DNA from: Octopus bimaculoides
Lineage: Eukaryota
Assembly (NCBI RefSeq): GCF_001194135.2
Contig: NC_068990.1
Coordinates: forward strand, 65,914,901-65,978,900
Length of the DNA stretch: 64,000 nucleotides
Direction of reading: 5' to 3'
Positions 11,420 through 25,316 of this stretch are shown here, piece after piece. A program made the translations under genes and the position numbers. Every line of letters begins with the position of its first letter. Positions within the stretch are counted from its first letter, which is position 1. The notes beneath the pieces are model-generated. The model did not search any database. It was not told where the DNA came from and worked only from the letters and a program-made list of their open reading frames with translations.

Positions 11420-12193
11420 CGAGAAGATGAATGGAGGCATAACGTCGCCATCACTAGTGATCACTCCCAAAACCATGATGTTGACTGAATGTTTTTATTT
11501 TTATCACTTTCGGTACACGTTTTGGGGACACGGCAAGCCACCTGTTATTCTGTGTGTTCACCATCTGATCCTGGCTGAAATTTTTCTCGTCTGAGATAAA
11601 CCAAAGCATGTTCGGCTGGAGGGGATGCTTGAGTTTGTTCAAACACTTCGCAGCGCTGTCTTTCCTCCGGTCCTTGGTGGCTTGAGATAAAAATTGGCCC
11701 TTTCTCCACTTGTATGAGGAATACCGAATGTCTTCATGCACTGCCTACCTGATAAGAAACTCAGACACTCTCATGTCCCCGGCGATGAACATGATTTACT
11801 TGGAGCTTTCGTTGCCAATCGTGACCTGCATCTCACCAACAATTTCAGTTGTTTTCTCATCAGTACGATGAGAGTGAGTTTTCTGAGATGCCGTAAATTC
11901 GTAATCACCATTAGATTCATCCGACTCTTTCCGAGTTCTCTGCACTGTCCTCAGGTTCACACTCAAACACTCTGAAATGCTCGTATTGGAGGTTCCAGTA
12001 TGAAAGCCAAGCGGTGCTGTATGTCGTTTTCAAATTAATGGCAGAGTCAATTGCATCATGGTGCTTATTTCTCACAGATGGTGCCCAACTGACCATACTA
12101 TACTGTGTAGTCAACAAAAGTTAAAAATCAAAAATAATGCGCATGAACAAAATAAAAAATATAAAATGGTGACAATTTACCCATCGCACATTG
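11420..12193 (-). mobile_element. maT (DD37D-type) Tc1/mariner element, 5' half with decayed transposase
   Basis: Left TIR caatgtgcgatgggtaaattgtcaccat next to TA (12194-95). Translations HEDIRYSSYKWRKGQFLSQ, LWFISDEKNFSQDQMVNTQNNRWLA and MVLGVITSDGDVMPPFIF run into the 10891-11419 gap. DD37D is inferred from family similarity because the second and third catalytic residues are not visible. Confidence 0.85.
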
Positions 12194-12314
12194 TATTCAC
12201 ACAAGAACACACACACACGCACGTGCGTGCATATGTATGTGTATATGCATATATATATGTGCATATGCATGTATATCTATATCTATATCTATATCTATAT
12301 ATATATATCTATAA

Positions 12315-12402
<88 letters not shown>

Positions 12403-14301
12403 ACATAGATATATGTACACATAATGCTACTTACGCATTAACGTCAATTTGTTCACATGTTTATTTCTTTAGCTCATAAAAAACGGCTGCCAATGAGGAG
12501 CTGTTATAGAAAACATGAAACACTAACACGCCACCGTCCCTTCCTCGAACTTGTAATACCGCGTCAGTACCTATCTAGTTAATTTGACAAAATAGCGACT
12601 AAATAACGAAAACTGAAAACAGTTATTTGCCTTTTCTCTTTTCTTTGATTCATTAATTTATCCTTTCTGCTCATCCTTTATTAGTTTTTTTTTTTATCTG
12701 ACATTCATTTTTATTTCATTTATTTTTTTCCCTCCTTCTTGTTTTTCGTATTTCCCACTTCTCTCCCTTCTTCTCTATCTGCTGCTTGTTAGGATAATCT
12801 TAATATAAAATAATGTATATAAAAAAAATTCAACTTTGTAGAAACTGAACATGTAGGAATTTTTAATTCGTTTCCGGAACACATCGATCAGATCTGTTTT
12901 TAACGAGTTTTAAACGAAACCTTTTGCTTTAACGACTCAATTAGACATTTTTCACATCTATTTGCATCTATTTGCATTCATAACTTTATTTTTCCTAAAC
13001 TATGCTCTAGTGTAATTTCTCTACTTCGTAATAACACTTCCGAGTTCACCTAAGCAAAAAAGAAAATAAGAAAAAAGGAAAAGAAAATTGGTTTCGTAAC
13101 ACTAATTCAAGTTCGAAATAAATATATTTCAACTGCTTATCGCTTCCTGTTCCATTCACACCTAATTTCGACGCTTCACAAGTTATTTTTTCCCATGAGT
13201 CCTGTTCGAACAAAATTGTTTGGTCTCATGTATTTCCTGGTCTCATGTAATTTCCGTTTCCTCTCCAGTGCATACTGCAGCTTCTTTATTCTACTTCCGG
13301 TTCAATCTAGCGCAATTTTTTGGCTTAATGTATCTTTTATTTGTGCGTTAAAATAACCATCATCTGTATAGCTTTCGCATTCTCGCCGCTTTTTAGCTGT
13401 TCAAAATTTTCTTGTAGGTATATCTTCCATTTTTGGCTGCATAACTTGGATTAGCCTCAACAACGCAGTCTTAAAAAGGAAAAAAATATACAAACTAACT
13501 AATAAATAAATAAATACAAATACGATTGAATTGCACCGGAACAATAAAATAGCTATGATTAATGCTAGATCGTCGCTATGGTAACAACAAAGATAACACG
13601 GTAAATGATAAAATTATCACTTGCGAAACAAAACTGAAAGGCATTAAGAAGTGTTACAATCATAGATGTGCAACAAACAAACACTACTGAAAATGGTAGT
13701 AACTTCCGTGAGAGTGATAAGAGGCAGCAGCAGCATCAATATCAACATTAACAGCGCGAATATCTTGGCCATTAAAGTTCGAAATAATATACTACTACAA
13801 CAGCAGTAAAAATAATAACTTCAGTAATATTATCGAACGATTTAAGACGTAAGTGCTTCAGCGCAGTTATTGGATCTGGTAGAAATAGAAGCAAAATTTC
13901 CCTAAAATCCTACGCTGGCGCCTTAAGTATAAAACACATCGAATATCAACGCGCTAGCCATCTGTCAACAAGAAGAATAGCTTGATATAACTTCTCTGTT
14001 TCAGATGTCGATAGTGTGGTGGTATACATAGATAATAACTTTTGACACGGCGGCGCATCCAAAACGTGAGACTTGAAGAGGGCATAAGGCTGCAATAACA
14101 TTCGTCTGATTATAATTTTCTGGTGAGTTATCTGGAGCAACAGTAGCAAGCAAGATCAAAGCTGACCCGAGGATATGAAACTGAAACCACGATCTTATTG
14201 TGATACCAAAACCCTAACGACTATGCCACTATACATACTATACACATACATACGTACATACACACACACGCACACAGACAAACGCACGTACGCAAACACA
14301 C

Positions 14302-14480
14302 GCGTATTTTAACGTATACAAGGAACCCCCCTGTATAAATCACCCCCTAATTTTTGGGGGTTAAAATTTGGAAAAAAAGGTTTTGTAATGGATTATAATA
14401 CTATCTATGTCTATGAAGCGCCCATATTTTTTAACCTAATATTTGACAAAAAGGGGTTCCTTATACACGTTAAACTACGG
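14302..14480. mobile_element. MITE with ~27-bp imperfect TIRs (pogo/Tigger-like ends)
   Basis: Left cgtattttaacgtatacaaggaacccc versus right-end reverse complement ccgtagtttaacgtgtataaggaacccc; TA follows at 14481. Confidence 0.6.
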
Positions 14481-14676
14481 TAAATAAGCAGTAGTAACAC
14501 AGTGACTCAAGGTCCGAGAGTTTCGTGCGTTGACATTTAACATATTTGGATCCACACACACACACACACACAATTATAAGCCTTAAGCTTATAATTATAA
14601 TGTACAGAATTTTCACTCGTTATCGTTTCTACATATATATCAATATATATGTATGCATGTGTGTGTATATATATAA

Positions 14677-14713
<37 letters not shown>

Positions 14714-15366
14714 NNNNNNNNNNNNNNNNNNNNNNNNNNNNNNNNNNNNNNNNNNNNNNNNNNNNNNNNNNNNNNNNNNNNNNNNNNNNNNNNNNNNNNN
14801 NNNNNNNNNNNNNNNNNNNNNNNNNNNNNNNNNNNNNNNNNNNNNNNNNNNNNNNNNNNNNNNNNNNNNNNNNNNNNNNNNNNNNNNNNNNNNNNNNNNN
14901 NNNNNNNNNNNNNNNNNNNNNNNNNNNNNNNNNNNNNNNNNNNNNNNNNNNNNNNNNNNNNNNNNNNNNNNNNNNNNNNNNNNNNNNNNNNNNNNNNNNN
15001 NNNNNNNNNNNNNNNNNNNNNNNNNNNNNNNNNNNNNNNNNNNNNNNNNNNNNNNNNNNNNNNNNNNNNNNNNNNNNNNNNNNNNNNNNNNTATATATAT
15101 ATATATATGCATATATACGCACGTATATGTACAAACTAACATATATACGTATACATATGCATATGTGGGCACAGGATGTCACAGAAAGTAAAGAACAAAA
15201 AATATGAAAATATGGAATACGAAACACGAATACATGGGATATGAGCTTTTTTGCGAACAACGAAGGAAACAAATGGAAAACAAGACACGCAATATAAAGA
15301 ACGACCCTTTATGAGTTGTCGGCTGTTTTCTAATCCGTATTTCGAGCATTTCACGACAAGATACGC

Positions 15367-15369
<3 letters not shown>

Positions 15370-15397
<28 letters not shown>

Positions 15398-15486
15398 TGT
15401 ATGTATGTATGTATGTATGTATGTATGCATGTATGTATGTATGTATGTATGTATGTATGTATGTATGTATGTATGTATGTATGTAT
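15370..15486. repeat. (TATG)n microsatellite
   Basis: Near-perfect tetranucleotide run. Similar runs at 37436-37470, 37669-37820 and 45290-45360. Confidence 0.95.
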
Positions 15487-16086
15487 GATACTGGTAACAT
15501 GTAACCCAACGCAATTTTTCGCAAGGTTGGGTCGTTGGCGATGAAACCAACGATTGGTGGAAGCTGCTGGGAAAGGATGGCGAATTTTGTTGGACGGCAC
15601 ATATCCCTCGCTATCATCCAGGGCAAAACATTTTCCATTTTATCACCTGGTGCCATGAGAAATGTTTCTATATTGTGAAAGGCAAGATTCACTGAATTTG
15701 AGTGATGTAGGAAGATACCAACCACTGACATGGTATAAAATTATTTGTATTCCATGCAGGACAAAACAAATCTTCTCAATGAACAGAAGAACTTAGTAGC
15801 GTCAAAGATCATCTGCTAGCTGGGGCTGAGAGATCCTTCGACTTTAGTTAGACATCTCTTCAGGAGGAGATTCCGAAATAACACCTGCCTCATTTCGAAG
15901 TGGGAGATCTTGCACTTGCTTGTATCAGGACTACTTGGCTATGTATGTGTGAGTCTTAGCGGTGTTGTGCAAATTGCGATTGATGTTAAGTTTCAGCAAA
16001 GGACCTGCTGACAGCCGCCATGTATGTAATGTACGTGCGTACATACGTATTTACGTATGTATGCATGTGTGTATGTATATATGTTA

Positions 16087-16515
16087 GGACGGATGTCAGG
16101 AAGGGCATTGTTGCTGCACTTCCAGATGGTAAGGGTCTTCCTATGATACTGACATGCAGTGTCTGTGCAAGACCGTGCCTCAGTAAAGCTGGGCTTATGA
16201 GTCATCTTCGTAGTCATAAAGCAAGACCGATGATTGACGACCAGGCCGCTGGTGATGATGCTACACACCATACTAATCATGTCTGTCGGGCATGTTGAAG
16301 TGAGTGTGATTGAGCAGGAGGACTTAAACGACACGCAAAGGTACATGGAGCCCAACTACAACAACAGCCAGCTATTGCCAGTAAAGGTTTTGGATGCCAA
16401 CTCTGCGCAAGACGTTGTAGATCTTTGGCTGGGCTAAAGAGTCACATTCGATCACAGCACTGTTAAGTTAAGCTTCGTGCAATGGTCATACTCGATAACG
16501 AGGGGGCAGCCATCA
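16087..16515 (+). mobile_element. 3' end of an RTE-clade LINE with three tandem C2H2-type zinc fingers (decayed)
   Basis: One frame: CSVCARPCLSKAGLMSHLRSH ... CRAC*SECD*AGGLKRHAKVH ... CQLCARRCRSLAGLKSHIRSQHC*, then RTE-like 3' terminus atggtcatactcgataacgagggggcagccatc. Confidence 0.75.
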
Positions 16516-16642
16516 TGTATATATGCATGTATTATGTATATATGTATATACATGCATACTCAAATAAGCATACATACACACATGCATACATGCATGCAAT
16601 TATACACACATACATACGTACTAGCATATATATATATATATA

Positions 16643-16860
16643 TGAGGGGGTGCTGAAAAGTTCTTGGCTTTAAGGGTATCGCGAAAATCCTTGCTGGAGG
16701 TTCAACATTCTGAATTCTTCAACAACGACTTAGAAAACCTGAAGGACCGCTGCATTAAGTGTGTGAATCTGAGAGGGGAAGATGCTGAGCAAAATCATAA
16801 TAAAATGATCCTCTTGTATTTTCTTTTACCCAAAGCCAGGAATATTGCAGCACCCCATCG
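16643..16860 (+). mobile_element. Mariner-derived MITE (internal deletion derivative)
   Basis: TA|tgagggggtgctgaaaagttcttggcttt ... aaagccaggaatattgcagcaccccatcg|TA inverted ends. The interior encodes a mariner C-terminus relic, FFNNDLENLKDRCIKCVNLRGEDAE. Confidence 0.8.
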
Positions 16861-16924
16861 TATATCTATCTATCTACATATTAGTCTTCCTTCTGTCTGT
16901 CTATGTATGTTTATATATATGTAT

Positions 16925-16956
<32 letters not shown>

Positions 16957-17509
16957 NNNNNNNNNNTGTGTGTGTGTGTGTGTGTATATGTATGTATGTA
17001 TGTATATATGTATGTACGTATGTATAATAAGCATGTGTATGTCAAAAACGACAATAATGGACAAATTATCGGCTAGCAGTTGCGGCCTTAACAGCTTCCT
17101 GAATAGTAATGGAAAAAAGGGCACAGCAGCGACCTCTATCAGTCTTTCAGGTGTGATTCATTGCATCAGATCATTGAAAAGTTTTGGTTTCAATGACTCA
17201 CTAACAGTATGAAGGGGCGTTGGAGTTTCCTTGAAACTTTGTAGTCAAGTGAACCGGCTATTATGTGAAATACAATATATATGTGTGGAAATGACAAATG
17301 ACGAAAGAATAACCAAAGATATTTGTCTTATATCCACCCAAAACTAAAAGAGAAAGTGGGAGGTAAAAAATAGAAATATTGCTATTTCTGACTATATGTA
17401 TGTATGTATGTATATATATATATATATAATACTATATGTATATATATATAATGTGTATGTGTGTGTGTGTGAGAGTGGATTATATGTGTATGCATGTGTA
17501 TGTATGTAG

Positions 17510-17549
<40 letters not shown>

Positions 17550-17623
17550 TATGCACATATACAATCACATGTACACAAATACGTACGTGTGTGAAGGTAT
17601 ACATATATACATACATATAATAT

Positions 17624-17657
<34 letters not shown>

Positions 17658-17979
17658 TATATACATTGTACTTATTATATATTTCTCAGAATTTCAGTCG
17701 ATTTCGGTGAAGAAAGACAAAATGTATCGGAGGCCTGCACAAACAAAAAAAAAAAAAACTCGAAGAAATAAAAGCGACAACGAGAGCGAAAACGTGATAG
17801 AGACTGACGGAGTGATAGGAAGAGAAAGGGATATAGAGCAGAAGGAAGAGGGTTAGAAAAACATCAGAGGGGTATGGATGAGTTTGTAAGAAATATTTAG
17901 TAAGAAATACAGACCGAGAACTCTTTTTAACGACTATTATTATTATTATTATTATTATTGAGTGAGAGAGCAGTGCATG

Positions 17980-18035
<56 letters not shown>

Positions 18036-18620
18036 GTTGTTGTTGTTGTTGTTGTTTTTGTTGTTGTAGCTGTTGTTATTACTGCTATTTTTGTTGTTGT
18101 CGTTGTTGTCACTGTAGCTCTTCTCGTTATTGTTGTTGTTATTACTATTATTCTTTAGTTCTTTTATTTCTTAAGCAATTATCGATATACGATGCTTCAT
18201 ATTATATCATACGCACATACACACAGAAGGACACACACACACATACACACACACACATCCGTTTGCGCATACACACCTCACGCACTCACGCACACACACA
18301 CACATGCGCACACACACGCCCACACACACGCACGCACGCACAGAGAGAAACATACGAACNNNNNNNNNNNNNNNNNNNNNNNNNNNNNNNNNNNNNNNNN
18401 NNNNNNNNNNNNNNNNNNNNNNNNNNNNNNNNNNNNNNNNNNNNNNNNNNNNNNNNNNNNNNNNNNNNNNNNNNNNNNNNNNNNNNNNNNNNNNNNNNNN
18501 NNNNNNNNNNNNNNNNNNNNNNNNNNNNNNNNNNNNNNNNNNNNNNNNNNNNNNNNNNNNNNNNNTCGCACAATAATTGTACGAAAAGAATTGATCACAT
18601 TTGATTTTATAACAACACCA

Positions 18621-18690
<70 letters not shown>

Positions 18691-18810
18691 TAATAAAAAT
18701 CGATTGAATTAAGAAAATATCCTTACTTAGCGAAATAGGAAATAAGGGATCCATCATGACACTGCATAAATGCACACATAAGTACATACATATATATATA
18801 CATACATAAA

Positions 18811-18858
<48 letters not shown>

Positions 18859-21800
18859 AGTGTGTGCGCGTATGTGTGTGTGTGTGTTTTTGTGTGAATC
18901 ATGAATATATAACTGAAATTTCCTAAAGAACAAAACAGCATAATTTCAATGGTTAGGGAGACACGCTGGAGCCAAAATAAAATTTTAATCAAATCATACC
19001 AGTAAAAGTAGACTAATGATACGCCCTGAAAACCGCGAGTGCGTGGTGTACGAATATCAAAGTAAATTCAAAGGAATATAGAACAAATATTTTCAGCACA
19101 ACATTTTAGAAAACCAATTGCACTTACCTGGCCTCAATCATCAGGATCACGCCTGTCAAGTTAAATTTGAGCATCAAGATTAATCAACCATATAAAATTA
19201 TCAAAGATTGGAGCATAGATGTGTGTACTCTCGGTCGCTACTGACCTGAAAGTGGTGGAACAAAATAAACAAAACAAGCCATAACAAGACGCATAATGTT
19301 ATGCGTATGTGAGTATAATTATGCACAATACTTATAGAATTTCTACAGGAAACGAGAACTTTTCTAATAGTTCCTAATTTAAGCACAAAGCCAGCTATAG
19401 TGAGAGGAGGGAGCAGCAATCTATCATGAAATCGGTATTTGGCTGGTATTTTAACTTTTCGATCCTGAAAGGAAGATATACACAAATGACCTTCGCAGGA
19501 ATTGAAATCAGAACGTCAATAGCTGAAATAAACACCGCAAACCAATTTATTTGACGCACCAAATATTTTGGTTAACCACAAGTATCTTCATTAATGAGTT
19601 CAAATTTGGACGACTGGTTCTTATTTTATCGACACCGATATGATGGAAGGCAGAGTCGATCTCGGCGGAATTTGAGAACATAAAACCGGACGATATACCG
19701 CGGTAAGCTTTTTGCCCGTCGTGCTATTAATTCTGATAGCCCGTCGTCTTAACGTCTTCAATAATAATAATAGTTTTAGCACAAGGGCTAAAGTTTGGGT
19801 AGGGAGTTATTCAATAACCTCGACACCATTAATTGATTGGTATTTCAGTTTATGGACAACAAAAGGATTAAAAGTAAATTTGGCCTCGGCGGGATGTGAA
19901 TTCATAGCCTTGAGGAGAAAAATTGTTTCTGACATTACAACATCAACAACGGTGACTAACAAAATAATTCTATTTTGAAAATCCAGGATTAAAAAAGTGC
20001 CAAATAGAGAGAAAAAATGGGAAAGTAAAATACCTAAAAAAGATGACAAAAGAAAAAATTAAATTTGAAGATGCAAAATAATTTAGGAAAAAAAGACCCA
20101 GTAACAATAGCATTGTTTCTGCTTTTTTTTTGTTATGTTTTTCCTTCAATGAAAAATTTTGCTCACGTAAAAATTGGTTAAAATAATTGGAATGCGTAGA
20201 CATTTTGAATAGATCAAATTAATTGAAGAATCCCGTTCAACATCTATTTTCCACTTCCAACACAGTCCTTCTATCTCTATTCTTTGAATCACAGCCCAAC
20301 ACCCTCAGCCCAACACATTAAGCCTAAATTGCATGTAAGGCCTCACGCACATACACATACACAATCAAACGTAAGTTCAAACCTAAAGACGTGCACGTAT
20401 GCACATAGATACATGCAAACATATAAATATATATATGTATATANNNNNNNNNNNNNNNNNNNNNNNNNNNNNNNNNNNNNNNNNNNNNNNNNNNNNNNNN
20501 NNNNNNNNNNNNNNNNNNNNNNNNNNNNNNNNNNNNNNNNNNNNNNNNNNNNNNNNNNNNNNNNNNNNNNNNNNNNNNNNNNNNNNNNNNNNNNNNNNNN
20601 NNNNNNNNNNNNNNNNNNNNNNNNNNNNNNNNNNNNNNNNNNNNNNNNNNNNNNNNNNNNNNNNNNNNNNNNNNNNNNNNNNNNNNNNNNNNNNNNNNNN
20701 NNNNNNNNNNNNNNNNNNNNNNNNNNNNNNNNNNNNNNNNNNNNNNNNNNNNNNNNNNNNNNNNNNNNNNNNNNNNNNNNNNNNNNNNNNNNNNNNNNNN
20801 NNNNNNNNNNNNNNNNNNNNNNNNNNNNNATATATATATATATATATATATATACGTGAGCGCACGTACACAGTACGCTTCGCATAACGTATAACAGGTG
20901 TGTGTGTGTGTGTTTGTGTGTATGTGCTTGCATATGTTTGTATCTGTGTCTAGTGACACACGTACTCACTCTTTCTTCATCGCCCCATCCCCACTGTTTC
21001 TCTTAAACAAAAATCGTGATTAAAGACGGAGAACTAAGACATAAAATATGTGACGAAAGTCTTTCGAATGATAGAATCGGCTTTTTTCTGCTTATATGTA
21101 TTTATTTATTTATTTTATTTTTCCTTCAATAAATTCAAGAGTGGAGTTTAACACGCGAATATACCACAGTTCTGTAATAATAATGGCGCAATGAAAGAAC
21201 GGAGGAACAGATGGGAGAGAGGGGGAGAAACACAAAGGGAGAGAGGGAGAAAGAGAGAGAGAGAGATAGAGAGTAAGAAAGACAAGTGGTGGTAGTAGTG
21301 GAGACATAATAAGGAATAAATATAACAGGGTGTTAAAATAACAATAAACAAACGAAAATAAATATATACAATAAATGAAATCGATTTATAATAGAAGTTA
21401 ATAATGTATCTGATGGTGATGATAGGCATTGTATTGATGATGATGCTGATGTGATATAAAAAAAAACAATGATGATAATGGTGATTATGATGTTGATAAG
21501 GAGGGAGATAAGACTATAGAAAAGCACGATAATCAATCCAGAACTACACCCGCTTGCGTACCCCAACCCACACGCATACATACACACATTCACAGAAGAA
21601 GTCAAACACAAATTAAAGATCTCATTCTCTATCTATACATATCCATAGGTGTGTATACTTGCTTCCTAGCAGATACTGGCTAACTTGCTGCATGCTCACA
21701 CACATCCTGCATACATACATACGTACATATATATATATATATATATATANNNNNNNNNNNNNNNNNNNNNNNNNNNNNNNNNNNNNNNNNNNNNNNNNNN

Positions 21801-22134
21801 NNNNNNNNNNNNNNNNNNNNNNNNNNNNNNNNNNNNNNNNNNNNNNNNNNNNNNNNNNNNNNNNNNNNNNNNNNNNNNNNNNNNNNNNNNNNNNNNNNNN
21901 NNNNNNNNNNNNNNNNNNNNNNNNNNNNNNNNNNNNNNNNNNNNNNNATATATATATATATATATACATGCACACACGCATGTACATATAACTACACAGA
22001 CATATATCTATGTATCTATCTATCTATCTATCTCTTTATAGACAAATACATACATACACTCATTCACACACACACTCGTACACACATACATATGTACACA
22101 AACATACACAAACACATATCTATGTATCCGTATA

Positions 22135-22670
22135 CATGGTGGTTGTCTACTACTAATGCAGAGTTTAACCACCTCCTGTACATACACCTTAGCACCATCA
22201 TAGCATCTGATGTGGCTTTTTAAACCAGACAATGTTCTGAAAAGACACCCACATAGATTGCACCTTCGATATGTACCACCAAGTACTGCAGATAAGTTCT
22301 GCTTTTTGTGGTTCTTAAAATGTCTTCTGAGGCCTCCGTTGGATTTGCAAACCCTCTGGCATACACGGCATCCAAAGGTGTGCACAGATATATATAGGCA
22401 GAATAGTTGGTGGTGGTTCGTTTTCTATGCGTTCGCAGATGAGATCTGAGGTCAGCAACAGACAGGCATGGTCCGTCACAGACTATGCACACAAAAAGGT
22501 CATTGTTATTCACCTTCTCGATCGTTACATTCCTCCTTAGATCTCTTTTGAGTCTTGCGTTATCCTGGTTTCTTCAAATGCGTTTACTCCACTCCACACC
22601 GTTGTTCACCATCCAACTTTTTCCGAAGCAAGGGTTTCTATATATTCTGTAACCATTCAAAGTGACTTCA
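22135..22670 (-). mobile_element. 3' end of an RTE-clade LINE with three tandem C2H2-type zinc fingers (second, diverged copy)
   Basis: CIVCDGPCLSVADLRSHLRTH, CRVCQRVCKSNGGLRRHFKNH and CNLCGCLFRTLSGLKSHIR (frameshift between fingers 1 and 2); same layout as 16087-16515. Confidence 0.75.
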
Positions 22671-23151
22671 TAGTAGTCCTTATGCCGTCCTCAAACCTCA
22701 TTTTGAGGTTTACACCGATAGCGTTTCTCGTCTGCAAGCTCACCATATATTCATACGTACATACTCAAGTACACCTAGTACGCACATAAAGAGATGCATA
22801 CATATATTCTCAATTTCTCTCTCGCCCTTTGCATATAAATATAGGTAAAGTATATTTGCCACTTAAATGTGGCTGACCCCTAAGGGTGGATGTTACTGTT
22901 GCTTTTAGACAGGACAGGACACAGATATAATTTAGCTTTGAGAGTTGCATTTCCTCGCGTTCGGTAAAAATGTGTTTATTATAGTAGTTTGACCTTAGAG
23001 TCCCTCTTAGCGTGAGGCATTCTTGTATAGTAATGCCCTTATATAAGTAAATATATTTTGGGGAATAAATGATGGATATTTCCCATATGAAGTTTTTTCA
23101 CGCTAGCTACTTGATAAATCCTTATAATAGAATTCATCCTGTTATTAAATT

Positions 23152-23224
<73 letters not shown>

Positions 23225-24141
23225 TTTCCATCACCAACTTAACTCACAAGTCATTTGTCATCCATTATCACAGGCACTGTTTATCCTAACAAAGTATAGT
23301 AGAAGACAATAGTTTTAGGTACTGCACTGCGGGGGTGAGCCAGATAGTATGTGGATGCAAAGCAATTTTCTTAAACACACTGCCACCCCTGCACCTGTAG
23401 TATAGTAAAAAAGACAAAAAAATCATCGCTGCCACTATAATACAAATGGAAAAATAAATTAAGACCCAAGATTTTACATCGTGTCGATAATGAAAACGAA
23501 GTTACAGGACTCGTAGGGGTGAAAATTCCAGATATAATCAAAGAAATTGAAAGTTGCACTTAACTGTTTGATTTGATTTTACATCACTTAGTATCTGAAT
23601 TAATTAAAAAGACAACATTTCATTCCATGTTGTCGTATTGATAGTAGATGCTAGATTTTTTTCGTCGTATTATCTACAATATCAATATCCAAATATTTGA
23701 TTAGTAGTATATCAATAATGCCAAATACAACATAACTTTTCTAAACAATAGCCTAAGGCATTATTGCATCATTTAAGACGTATTATTGTCGACATACATT
23801 AAGTCAGTAAATAAATGGCATTCATATAATATACTGGAAATAATTCAAAGCTCTCAGTGCAGAAAATACATTGTGTGTGCGTGCGTGTATGCACATGTGT
23901 GTGTGTGTATGTGTGTGTGTGTGAGCGTGTATACATATATATATATATATATANNNNNNNNNNNNNNNNNNNNNNNNNNNNNNNNNNNNNNNNNNNNNNN
24001 NNNNNNNNNNNNNNNNNNNNNNNNNNNTATATATAAATAGACGCATTTACATAGATATTCATACATATTTTATATGTACATACACATGTATATAGAATGA
24101 ATCATTTCCTCTTCCTCTATCAATATACACGCACATATAAA

Positions 24142-24207
<66 letters not shown>

Positions 24208-25285
24208 CATATGCATATATGTATATACACATACCTACACAAACGCACACAGTATAATAAGAGTAATATTGGTAGCGATTGCGATGGTGGTGGTGGTGGT
24301 CATAGGACTTGTGTAGTTGTTATTTATGGTGGTGGCGGTAGTAGTGGTGATGGTGATGATGATCATCATGCTGTAAAAAGTCAATATTGAGGAACAAAAA
24401 AAAAATCAGTAAAACAGGAGCAAACAACACGAAACAAAATATTCGTTCCTGTAATTATAAGTTTCCTGAGCAGGTGAAAATAACTAAGGTTCGAAACTAA
24501 TAGTTGATAGTATTAGCCTAGCAATTCTCTATAAGTCACCCAAATTTACCCTTCTCTCATTTAATCTCTGGTTATCTGTTTCTTACAGTCTTATTCCTTA
24601 TCTTTTATATTAGTCTCACTTATTTTCAAAAAATTCTCTTTTACTACTTTCTAAAATTCTACCATTTTCTTTGTCTTTCATTCTTTCTCGTTGTTTCGTG
24701 CTCTCGCTGTTATCTCCTTTTTTTGTATTTAGAGGCTATTTGTTTCTAGCTAGTAGGCAATAACAAGTCATTGGTTTGTTATAAGCACAAAAGAAAAAAA
24801 GGCTAAACAAAAGAGTATTAACAACAGCAATAATAATAAAATAAAAAAGAAACGGAAACAATCATTTCTGTAAAACACACCCACACAGATAGGTGAATGG
24901 ATTTTTATAAATTTATGAATGTAAATCACCTTTAGATGTGAAAATAACTCTGTAAGTTGTGCGTGTCTGTAATACACCTGGTAATATGCCGATTAAAGCG
25001 TTTTCATTGTCTCCAGCTGCCGCTGAGTATATAACAAATGAGCGAAAGAGAAAATGGAATTCACGAGATTTCTTATTAATCACAATCTTGCCTCAGTCCC
25101 TCGCCAGTGAGGTTCTATACAACTGGTGGTGATACCTCCCTCGGTGCAAAGGTGCATCGTCAGGTGACTTTTCAAAAGGCACTTCGCTCAATAAACTCGG
25201 TTTCGTTTGGTTCTATTATAGTAAATTTTGGTATTTGCCTCCAGCTTGTTGCATACAGGTTTCGTGTTTATCCTTATTTCTTATC

Positions 25286-25316
<31 letters not shown>

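Noticed and set aside
23511-23540. rRNA-like string tcgtaggggtgaaaattccagat
   Set aside because: Too short, and the flanks show no rRNA similarity.
25165-25260. U11-like Sm-site context aattttggtatttg
   Set aside because: Spacing and upstream sequence do not fit U11 or any snRNA I know.
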